Shown piece by piece: positions 45,884 to 64,000 of a stretch of 64,000 nt of DNA. Both the position numbers and the translations under genes were made by a program. The notes under the pieces are model-generated. The model was given only the letters and a program-made list of their open reading frames with translations. It did not search any database and had not been told where the DNA came from. The DNA is from Phaeosaccion multiseriatum. Lineage: Eukaryota; Protista; Ochrophyta, other classes. Where the stretch lies: the NCBI GenBank assembly GCA_965112735.1, contig OZ218957.1, positions 1,922,001-1,986,000 on the forward strand, in the 5' to 3' direction. The first letter of the stretch is position 1. The number at the start of each line of letters is the position of its first letter.

Positions 45884-47368
45884 ATGGAGGATGGGGAAGA
45901 CCACAACCCTCTCCGGCTGGGCATGTTTTCCTTTGGCAGCAATCATCAGCAGCAGATGAGAGCGAGAGTAAAGAACGCGTGTTTGCAAGGGCGGCCCGCC
46001 TATCTCCAGGACTATACAAGGTAGGAAGAGTTCCCGTATGGTTATGTTATGTTGTAGCATCTGTAGAACAGTAGGGGGAAGCGGAGGACTGATCGATCGG
46101 CGCCCATGTTATGAGGGCAGTTGAGGCATTTGAGGTGTGTGTGAGAGGAGGGGGGAGCAGACAAGAGGAGATGGGCCACACCCTATAGCTTGGACTGGCG
46201 ATAGACATTCCATCTTCCCCTCTCGACGCTCTGCTTAACTGCATGCTGCCTTGCCCGTTGCAGGGTGTTTGGAGCCAATGCTGCTGACTGGGAAGGAAGT
46301 GTGGCGAGTGTGGCACGGAAGGAGGGCGCTCGTGTGTACGGGTGCTTTTGTAAGTGTGGCTGAGAGAGAGAGAGAGAAGTCTTCCTCCTCATTCTCTCAT
46401 GCCATCATTATCTCTCTCTCTCTCTCTTTCCTCTCTCCGGCCCCACAGATTTGCTGACACCAGCGGAAGTGGCCATGATCGATGTGTTCGAAGGCGTGGA
46501 GCAAGGCCATTATGTGAAGACCCCCGTCATGTGTAAAGTCACCACTTTCGAGTCTGCTGCTGCTGCCATCCTCAACCCGTCCGCACCTGAAGCTTTGAGC
46601 AGCAGCAGCACCAGTTGTGGTAGCTCGAGCAGCAGCAGCACCACCACGGCAGCTTCAGAGAGCAGTAGTGGCACTAGCGGCAGCAGCAGTGATGGTGATG
46701 AAGGCAGCGCTGCGGATAGTCTCGTGGTGGGTAACTGCATCGACTGCCCGGCCTTCACCTACATATTGAGCAAAGACTACACGCACATTCGACCGGGAGG
46801 AACGTTCGAAACCTTCACCCCCCCAAGCTCGCAGTACCTCTCGGCAGTCCACAGATGTGTCACGCAGAACTGGCCTTGTCTAGCCAAGAAACCCATCGAC
46901 ATTCTCCACCCCACCACGCTGAAGAAAGAATCGGCGTGGTCGTACCCTCTTCAAGCCAGTGAGTTGCCATTGGCTGCCTTCTTGCTCGAGGTGGGCATCC
47001 GAGTCAAGCAACCTTGGGTTTTCCCCAAGGAGCTGTTTAAAGTAGTCACGTGCCTGAGGGACGGTGGAATTGGGACCACAGCCCTGTTCATTAGCGCTGT
47101 GTTGGAGGAGGATGCAAAGGGCACCGAGGGGGGGGGGGCTCTCCGTGCAGCGTTGCAAGCATCGGTTGGCGAGGGAAGAAAAGGCGACCCATCAGCAGTT
47201 GGTGATACAGCTGCAGTAGTTGGGGAGGGGGGTGCTGAGCATCAGAGGGAAGAAGGCCTGGGGGCGGAGCAGACTGAGCCAAGAGCGCGGAGAGCAGAGG
47301 CGGAGCGTTTACTGTACGCGAGCGAGGTACGGAGTATTGTGCGCAGCCTTGCGGATAGAGGAGCATGA
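45884..47368 (+). CDS. Gamma-glutamylcyclotransferase (GGCT/AIG2-like fold) protein, 3 exons: 45884-46020, 46264-46349, 46449-47368
   Basis: Splicing gives MFSFGSNHQQQMRARV...PAYLQDYTR|VFG..DWEGSVASV..KEGARVYGCFY|LLTPAEVAMIDVFEGVEQGHY...PSSQYLSAV, matching the GGCT consensus (YFAYGSN, VxGxxY, LDxxEG with catalytic Glu). Intron phases are consistent. The first two exons are absent from the ORF track. The 3' end is uncertain (alternative donor ~47327). Confidence 0.75.
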
Positions 47369-47745
47369 GGAGCATGAGAGGGAGTCCGCCTTGATGGCGG
47401 AAGAGGAGAGCATCAACAGGGAGAGATAGAGAGAGAGGGACACAGAAAGATGGGAGAGGGAAAGGGAGGGAGGGAGCGAGAGACTCACCCCAAAAGATGG
47501 AACCCGTTGGAGACTGACTCCAGGCATTCTCCCGTCCCCACGCGGCCCAGAGGCAATGCACAACACCAGCCCAGATGGAATTTGACGTGTACACAGAAAC
47601 GACCTCCGCCCGAGCCAGACCCACGTCACTCTCGCAAGCGCACGATGCGAGGAATGTATTTATGAATTGAAAGAGGGAGAAAATGAGAGAATCTATGGTA
47701 CGATAGGACAAAACAAGCCGCCCACACGGCCTTCCTTACGTTAAA

Positions 47746-55593
<7,848 letters not shown>

Positions 55594-56104
55594 CCCAGCA
55601 CTCCCTGTAGTCCACGTAGGACACGTAGAGGGAAGAAGGAGAATTGAGAATTGGGCGGAGAATTGGGGGGCCATCGGGTGCCATCTGGTCGACCCTGCCA
55701 TATCCTGCCATCGGGGGGGGCACGCTTTCACAACCCCCCCTTTATTATTCATATCCACCAATCTCTCTCCTTGGTAAGTAGTGCCCCCCTTGGTCTCTGA
55801 TGGGCTCTGTTTCTGGGGACAAATCTCCGCTCTACGTGTGTTCCTGCTGCTGCTCCGCCCTCCTCTCGCCCGCTTTTTTTCCGTTTGGGGAGTGGGAGTG
55901 TGGAGGAGGAGGTGGGGGGTGGTGTCGTTGTTGCTGCACTTCTTCTTCGCCCCGAACTCACATCAAGCGTGCCCCACGTCTTCCCGTGGTCCCTTCCCGC
56001 CTGTTTCTGCCGTTCTTTGGACAGAAGCAGGCACGCGAAATAAGAAGAGGCTGCAGAGGGCGCGAGAGCGTTGATCTGAGGCAAGCAGAAGAGCGGCTCC
56101 CGCT

Positions 56105-56978
56105 ATGGTGAACAAGAAGTGCAAGACCGAAGGGTGTAACAAGTACGGCGTGAGGAAGGGCCTCTGCCTGACGCATGGACGGGGTGAGCGAGCTTCGTGC
56201 AGTGTCGATGGCTGCGACCGGTATCCCAAACGGCAGGGCGTCTGCATTGCCCATGGGGCCAAGCTCAACCGATGTAAAACGGAGGGCTGCGATAAGCAGG
56301 TCGTGCAGGGCAAGCTCTGCCTCAAGCACGGCGCCAAAGTCAAGCAGTGTAGTAAGGAGGGCTGCGAGAAGCTGGCAAGGCAGGGGGGCGTCTGTCTGAG
56401 GCACGGCGCAAAGGTGAAGATGTGCACCATTGAGGGTTGTACCTCGCACCGCCAGAAGGGAGGCGTGTGTACCAAGCACTATTTGGAGTCCGGGGAGCCC
56501 AAGGGCAGTAGGAAGCGCCGCCGCATCATGGGGGAAGGAGGGGTAGACGGTGTGGTGGAGGGCGGGGCATCTTCCTCCGCCGCCGCCGACCCTGGGACAG
56601 CGGCATCAGCAGCAGCGATAGATGCGGTCGCAGGCTCAGCCGAGGGGGCAGCGGCAGCAGCGGCGGCAGCAGCAGCAGCAGCAGCGGTAGTAGCAGGAGG
56701 AACAGGGGCGGGACCAGGAGCGGGGGGTCAAGCAGCAGCGGTAGCGGCAGCGGCAGCAGCAGCAGCACACCAGCAAACAGCAGCAGCCGCAGCAGCGGCA
56801 GCAGCGGCGGCGGCAGGGGTAGCGCCAGGGGCAGGTGGAACATTTCCATCTGTGCCTTCTGTGGATTCTGCCTCTCTCCCCATTGTGGCCGCGGCAGCCG
56901 CCACAGCAGCCGCGAATGCCCGAGCGACGAACGCACCGCCACCCCCCCCGGCCCTTCCTTCAGTCTTCCCACCACCAC

Positions 56979-57012
<34 letters not shown>

Positions 57013-58360
57013 TCAGCCCCGGCAGGCAGCACCCAGGGTCAAGGCGATCAAGGCCGCTGTCTCCTCCCAGCCCCAGGCAATGATGCCGTCATCATCGCTG
57101 CCAGGGGTCTCCTCCGGCCCGGCAACAGGATCTCTTCCGGGCGTGTCGGCCGGCCTCACAGATGCCGGAGGGATGCCCAAGCGAGCTTCCTCCTCGACCA
57201 ACCACCCCCACCCCACGCTCCTCCAACCCAAGGGAACGGGGGGGCAGACCATCTTGCCCCGCGGTACGGGGGCGGTCGTCAATGCCGGTGTGGGCGGTAC
57301 CGGTGGCGCCTTCGCCCCCCCTCCTTCTGCTCCTGCTGCTGCTCCTGCTCCTGCCGCTGCTCCTGCCGCTGCTCCTGCTGCATCTCCTTTCGGCTCGTAC
57401 GTTAGCTCAGCGGCAGCTCACGCGACACCTGAGGCCATCTCTGCAGCTGCAGTGAAGGCCCGAGCAGCTGCGGCGGCGGCGGCGGCGGTGGCGGCGGCGG
57501 GGGCGGCAACGGCGGCAGGAGGAGGAGGGGCCACCTCTGTACCACCAACGGTTGGAGCTTCACCCCCTCCCATCGGCACGCTTCCCGTCCCCTACCCGCC
57601 CTCTTCGTCAGCGGTTGCTCCCTCCAAGCGAGCAGCGGCCGCAGCGTCGATGCGGGCGGCGATGGATGCTGTGCCAGTGGCGCCAGGAGCAGGAGGGGCA
57701 GTCAGTGGTCTCATTAGCACGGTCGATCCAGAGTCGGCAGCTTCGTCAGGCCTGGCAGTGGTGGCACCAGCACCAGCAGCACCAGAAGCAGCAGAAGCAG
57801 CGCCCCCAGCACCACCAGCACCACCAGCTTTTTCAGCAGCAAGGGACGAAGCAGGGCCACTCGCATCATCAGCAGCAGCACCACCTCCAGAGAGCGTGTC
57901 AGCGATGTCCGAAGACATGCAGTTGGCGGTCGCAGCGGCAGCGGGTGCACCCTCCTCCGCACTGAATGCTCCTCACGTGCCATCATTACCGACCATGGCT
58001 ACCTCCACGCCTGCAGCAATTCCAGCACTCCCGGTTTCCGCAGGGCAGGAGGCCGCGCAAGAAGCCACCCACCAATCTTCTTCCTCCCTGTCACTCGCCA
58101 GTGCAAGCCAAGCGGCAATGGGTGGTGCTGCTGCGTCATCATCGTCAGAGGGAAGTGGAGCACCACCACCAGCGGTAGTCACCGCCGGAGCCGGTGCGGC
58201 AGAGGCTGTGGCGCCCGTGTCTGGAGTAGTCGGGGCATCATCGGGATCATCCCCACCATTGGAAGGATCTCTGCCGTTACTCGCAATGCCGGCGATAACG
58301 CCTGCACCGGGCTCTCTTGCCACCGCGCAGTCGGTGACGGATTCCACGGGGCGAGAGTGA
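56105..58360 (+). CDS. WRKY19-like Cys/His repeat (C-x4-C-x7-8-G-x-C-x2-HG) zinc-finger protein with Ala/Pro-rich tail, intronless, 751 aa
   Basis: Five N-terminal repeats such as CKTEGCNKYGVRKGLCLTHG and CSVDGCDRYPKRQGVCIAHG, followed by a basic NLS-like RKRRR. No WRKYGQK motif, so this is not a true WRKY factor. Confidence 0.8.
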
Positions 58361-58776
58361 GAGTCGATGAGAGAGGCGTGCGCCTTTTTTCTTTCACCCC
58401 CCTTGTGGTCTGCGTGCATGTATGTTCGTTAAGTTAGGGCAGGACCTGAGAGCTGTAGTTAGTGGAAAGTATAACGTAAAGTGAAGGGATAAGGGATAGA
58501 TGTGATCGGGAAAAAGTGTGACAATCACTCCCCTCATTTGGATTTTGCCAAAATTCAAAAACGCCCGCGCGCGGCAAAATACGATGTGGGTGTTCGGCCT
58601 CACAGTTGGATGGATGGCTTAACTTTATCTCTGCACGAGCAGAGCCTTGGTGGCATGCATTAAATGAAAGTCGCAGGGAAGGCTTAGGAGCAGGTCATGA
58701 AGTAGATGGGGGCAGGGTAAGGAAGGCGCGAAACAAGGTTGGAACAGGGTAAGAAGTAGGGGAAGGCGCTTTAGTA

Positions 58777-61700
58777 ATGTCCTGGGTCACCAACCGAGAC
58801 GTCGAGCTCCAGCAGCAGCAGCAGGAACAACGGCAGGCGGAGGAGGAGGAGCACAGAAGGGAGGAGGAGAAGAGGTGGCAGGAGCGGAATCAGGAAGGGG
58901 GTGTTTCTGCCGCAGCTGGAGCTGACGGCGGCTCTGGGCAAGAGGGGAAAGGCGCGGGAGCGGCGGCCACGGCTGGCGGAGCTCCCGCAGAGACCCAAGA
59001 GGCGGCGGAGGGGAGATGCCATGACGCCTACCAAGCCGCTCTGAGGCTGCAGAGCGGTAATAGGCCTGGGAGCGGCGGCTGGGGCGAGGCGGTGGCTCAG
59101 TACACGAGGCTGCTCGACGAAGAGGGCTTTGTGCTGCAGCGATGGACAGAGCTGCGATACCTGTGTCTCAAGCACCTGGCCTTCATGAGGGATAGGGAGG
59201 GGAATGACGAGAGCGCGCTTGGCCTGAACATTCAGGCTCTCCAGGTGAGAGACAGAGAGGGGAAGGGAGGGTGCCAGTCTTATTCGGGCATAGATATATA
59301 TACCATAGCAGCACTTAATCACCTGACCCCTCTCCGTGAGTTGGTTGGTCCCCCTTTCTCCCCTTTCTCTGTCCCCAAACGCCCCCACCGCGCCCCCCCC
59401 GATGCCCCACCCCCGTCTTCAAACTCCCCTCCCCCCCGGTAGGTGGATAGCTCGGACGCAGTGGTGTGGCTGCGAGCAGCAAGACAGGCTCGCTCCCTGC
59501 ACAAAACCTCCCTGGCCCGCATGTGTCTGGAGCGGGTGGTGCAGCTCCAACCCACGCACATCGTGGCCCTGCGGGCTCTCCGAGACCTCCTCTTGTCCAT
59601 CCAGGATACAGAAACCTGCCTGGAGGTGGCGCAGCGGCTGGTAGGGCTCGACCCCATGGACAAGCACTCTCGATGGCTCATTTGGCACATCCTACACTCG
59701 AATCATGCCGAGTCCAGCAGCAGCGGCATTGACGGTGACAGCGGCAGTCGCCTCGGTTGGGTGGGGAACACGCACTCAGACCCACACAGGGGGAGAAAGA
59801 GGCGAAGAGCTAGGGCGGAAGTAGGGGTGGAAGGAGGAGACGCGCCGGGTGGTGTCGGAGGAGCTCCCGTCATGGCAAGTGTCAAAGAAGGAGCAGCAGC
59901 GGCCGCCCCTGCTTTGTCTGAGTGGAAAGGCAGCAAGAGCAGGGTCTTGTACCTCAAATTTCCGTCTTGGGCTCGCTTGGGCCGTTTGTTGCTCCAAGTG
60001 TTCGATGAGTCACAGGGAGGTGGCGCTGCTGTCAGGAGGAGCAAGAGCAGCAGCAGTAGTAGAAACAGTAGCAAGGTTTCCCTCGGGAGCCGGGGCCGGG
60101 GGCAGCACCAGCAGCAGGCGGAAGAGCAGCAGACGCAGACGGAGGAGAAGAGGGAAGAGGGGGAGGAGGAGGGAGCGGGGCTCTTTACACCGGTGCGCGT
60201 GGTGGTGCAGAAGCTGTCGGAGGAGGGCAGCGAGGGCGGCGAGGGGGGCTCGTCAAATGATCTCAAGGCAGGACCTCTTGAACGGCGACCGTCTGTGGCG
60301 AGGGCATTTCTCACCATGCCGGATGACTCAGACGAGGAGGGAGAGGAGGAAGGAACGACGGCGCCGTCTACTGCCATCGCCAAGAAGCGGAGCAAGAAGC
60401 ACTGGGGCCCGACGAAGCAGGCCCGCAGCTCGAGGCGCCTTCAGCAGCAGAAGGAGGACGAGTCAGAGGCGGGCAAGGCAACGAAGCGGGAGGGGACGAA
60501 CTTGCGATTGCGACTGAGGACAGTGCTATTTGGAGCGCAGGTGGCCGCTGCTGCTGCGGCTGCGGAGGAGAAGGAGGAGGAGGAGCAGGAGGGGGAGGGG
60601 GACGGGGAAGAAGATCAAGTGCGGGGAGGAGGGGCTAGAGGAGTTGCTGCTGCCGCTGAGGGTGAGGTAAGCCTGCATCTGTGGCCGCTGGGGGTGAGAG
60701 ACTCTGTAGAGGAGGCCCGTCGCAAAGGCGGAAGAGGGGCCACGAGTGTAGCAACACCAGTTGCTGCTCCAGCAGGAGCAGCAGGAGCAGCAGCAGCAGC
60801 AGCAGCAGTTGGTGACACAGCAGCGGCGGAAGAGCAGCTGTGCGACAGAGTGATGTGCCGCTGGAAGAAGGGCCACAACTGGGAGTGCGCAACCTGTGGG
60901 GACGGAGGCAACATGTTTGTGTGTGACTTTTGTCCACTCGTCTTCCACCTCAAGTGCTTGCCTCTCCAACGACGGCCGTCTCGAGGTCGAGGAGGAGGAG
61001 GAGGAGGAGGAGGAGGAGGAGGAGGAGGAGGAGGAGGAGGAGGAGAGAGAGAGGACCTCTTCGCCTGCGAGGAGTGTATCGCGGAGGCAGATGACTTGTT
61101 CGACAAACAACAGCTCCAGCTGCAGCATGTGCGCTACGAGGACGGCTGCATGCCGGTGCTGAGGTCTCTCTTGCAGGGCATGGAGAGAGAAGGAGAAGGA
61201 GAAGAAGGGGAAGGTGGCAGCCGCAGCAGCAGCAACAGCATGTTCTCCGGTGTGAGCGGCAGGAGCGTGCTCCACCTCCTGCGGGCCTTTCTCGAGGCGC
61301 TCGCCTTGGCTCAGCCTAGCGAGGTGCTGACCTCGCTGGAGTGGGGAGGGGGTGCCGGGGCTGGGCAAGCGCTTACCGCGATGGCCCTCCGCATGGCTCG
61401 CATTTGCAAACGCTGCCTGTCCCACAGTAGTAGCAGCAGCAGGCGCGGTGATGGGGGTGGTGGTGGTCTGTGGTCCAGTGTCGCACTCGAGGGTCCTGCG
61501 CCAGGGGCGCTCTTCTTCTCTCCAACGTGTGAGGTCATGCTTGCGGAGATGCGAAGCTCAGTGGCGGCCACTGCGGCGGCGGCGGCGGCGGCGGCTGCGG
61601 ATGGAAGGGCGGGGGGCGGGGGGCGAGGAGGAGGAGGAGGAGGAGGAAGTGGGGCGAGGAGAGGAGGAGGAGCTGCTGCTAGGAATGACAAAGCGGACGC

Positions 61701-63632
61701 GAAGGATAGGCAAGTCAGCATGGATCGAGGGGAGAGTCGGCACGAACGCGAGGTAGCAGCAGGGTGGTGGGAAGAGACTATGTTGTCCTATCTTATGGCG
61801 GCCTTCGCTTCGGTTTCTGTAACGCTGGGCCCTCCTTCATCGAGCAGACAGCTTGGATCAGGGGAGGAGGGGCAGGATATGGAGGGGGAAGAGGCGAGGG
61901 GAGAGGAGGAGGAAGATGAGGAGCCAGCAGGCATGGAGGTCGAGGAGGAGGAACGCAATGGTGCTGGGTGGCAAGGCGAGGAGGCAAGGAACGGAGAGAA
62001 GGACTACGGGAAGAACCACCACGGGAAGGAGAACATCACGACCATGCGAACCACGACCATGCGGAGCGAAGGAGAGAGGAGCAAGGGGACGAGGAAGAGA
62101 ATGAGGTATACAGAGCGAGGAGGCGAAGAGCTAGGGTATGGGGGTGGGTGGCGTGGGTGGGACAATCGTGTCATGCGCGCAAGGCTGTGGTGGCTGGGCG
62201 GGCTGGCTGCACAACGCAACAGTCTCGAGGGGGGAGAAGGAGGAGACGGAGGCGAGTCCTCGTCAGAAGCAGCAGCAGTGGCGGCGGAAAGGGCGTTACA
62301 ATGCTTCCGGTGCTGTGTGGAGGAGTTGCGGGCGTCACAGTTGGCGAGTAAGAGCGAGACCGAGAAGACCCATCATGGCCGGGGTCAGGGTGGGGGTGGG
62401 GGTGGGGGAGAGGCTGGAGTGGCTTTGATGCAGCCGCAGCAGCAGCAGCAGCAGCAGCAGGAGAAGGAGGACAAGAAGGGGGAGAAGGAAAAGGATGAGG
62501 AACAGTGCTCTCCGTGGCAGCCGCAGTTGACCATCGCGATCCTCTCAGCACGAATTGCCGACCTAGAGGCGACCGTGTCAGGCCTTGCGAGGGTATCGGC
62601 CTTTGCAGAGGTGCTGGGGAAGGCCAGAGAGTACAGCGAGCGACAGGCGCAGCTGCGGCAGTTGGTGATTCAGCGGCAGCGGCAACAACGGCAGAGGGCG
62701 GTGGCTCAAGGGCAAGGGCCGGGGCAGGGGCAGGGTCAGCAGCGGGAGGGGGGGGGGGAGGACGAGGAGGAGAAGAAGGAGGACGAAGACGAAGAGGAGG
62801 AGACGGAGGAAGAGGAAGAGGAGGAGGAGACGGAGGAGCAGGAGGAGGGATTGCCCGCCGACCTCCGTGAGCGGCTTGGAACCATGCTGGCGACGCTGGA
62901 GAAGAGGTTCCTAAGGAGGGTCCGGACCACACAGAGAGACAGAGAGAGCGACAGAGGACAGGGACAGGGAGGAGCGTCGTCGTCGTCTTCAGCGGCCGCA
63001 GCTCGAGCAGGGGGAGGAGGTGTAGGGGGCGGCAGTACTGAACAAGGCGCTGGTGGTGGTAGTGGCGGCGGTGGAAGAGAAGGCGGAGGTGAAGAGGGCG
63101 AGACAGAGATAGAAACAGAGACAGAGACAGGCTTCACCACCGTGCTGCAGCTCGTGAAGGGCAAGGAGAAGGACCTGCTATGCGGGTGGCTGGAGGACTC
63201 TGATGCCGGTCTTAGGCGCCTCCAGCAGCTCGCCATCACCGCCACTGCAGCGGCCAATACCGCCGCATCTACTTCCGCGCGTACCTTATCTATCTCCTAC
63301 TCCCCCTCTTCTTCTAGTGGTGGCGGTGGGGGGGGTGGTGGGAGGGGGGTGAAGAGGAGCTTAAACCAGCAGCATCAGCAGCAGCAACAGTTGGTGATAC
63401 ACCAGGACCTGGTCATGGAAGACTCCTCCGCCTTCGCCATGCTCGTGCGCTGTGCGTGGCTGCTGGATCGCCTCGACGTGTGTCTGACCGCCGTGCTGGG
63501 CGTGTTGATTCCTGTGCTGCGGGGCCACTGGGCTGCCATCGACGGGCTGGTGGGAGGCCAGCAGCAGGAGAAGCTGCGCACTCCCCTCATTGAGTTTTTA
63601 TCCTCCACTTTGTTCATGCTCTTGCAGCGGGC

Positions 63633-63664
<32 letters not shown>

Positions 63665-64000
63665 TGGTGATTCGGCAGCGGCAGAGGCGGCGGCAGCAGG
63701 AGCAAGAGAGTACCCGTGGGGCGTCAGAGACCCCCGTGACTGTGGCGGCCCTCCCTCTGCGCCAGACTCTGCGGTGCCTGGAGCAGCTGCTGCACTTTGC
63801 CTCGGAGGGGGAGAGTGCCATCGTACTCGCGCAGGCCCTATACGGTATGAAGGTACTGCTCCTGTCTTTCCCCCGGGGGCTACTCCCGTCTCTCCCCCAG
63901 GCGGCACTGCGGACTGCTTGCTCCGAGGGGGCTTCCGAGTCGAGGAGGAGCGGCGGCGGCGGCGGCGAGGTCTGTCCCGAGCTTGCGGTGAGAGTGGCGC
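58777..64000 (+). CDS. CABIN1/Hir3-like TPR protein (HIRA histone chaperone complex) with internal PHD finger; 3'-partial
   Basis: Exon 58777-59244, intron 59245-59442, then exon 59443 apparently open to the window end (absent from ORF track). QEAAE..CHDAYQAALRLQ...YTRLL...LRYLCLKHLA...ALQ|VDSSDAVVWLRAARQA...LARMCLERVVQLQPTH resembles the CABIN1 N-terminal TPRs. PHD: CATCGDGGNMFVCDFCPLVFHLKCL...FACEEC at ~60885-61078. Confidence 0.7.

Noticed and set aside
56105-56480. Calling the zinc-finger gene a WRKY transcription factor
   Set aside because: There is no WRKYGQK domain, only the Cys/His repeats often mis-annotated as WRKY19.

Overview
GC-rich eukaryotic genomic DNA with GT-AG spliceosomal introns. 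The host is probably a stramenopile/ochrophyte alga or related protist (inferred from gene content and microsatellite-rich introns). Positions <1-43637 (+) form the 3' part of one giant, intron-split cis-AT type I PKS/NRPS megasynthase. I placed 16 GT-AG introns by hand, and each restores a conserved motif or keeps the frame. The spliced product is about 13,780 aa inside the window, the 5' end lies outside, and there is one unexplained 1-nt frame discontinuity at ~12601. Domain order: ACP-[KS-AT-DH-ER-KR0-ACPx3-ECH1-ECH2-HMGS]-[KS*-ACP]-[KS-AT-DH-ER-KR-ACP]x2-[KS-AT-KR-ACP]-[C-A-T]x3-membrane/left-handed beta-helix terminal domain of the epsilon-poly-L-lysine-synthetase (Pls)/NRPS_term_dom type. 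Two points stand out. First, a beta-branching cassette is fused in cis, built on a eukaryotic-type HMG-CoA synthase and paired with a catalytically dead KR. Second, a Pls-like integral-membrane module replaces a TE or R release domain after three near-identical NRPS modules. Downstream lie a spliced gamma-glutamylcyclotransferase-like gene, an LRR/coiled-coil/EF-hand gene (-), a WRKY19-like C-x4-C...C-x2-H repeat gene and a CABIN1/Hir3-like TPR gene with an internal PHD finger that runs off the window end. A dispersed 16-mer (CAGTTGGTGATACAGC) recurs across three of these genes on both strands. Domain boundaries are approximate, all alignments were done by eye, and no database search was run.
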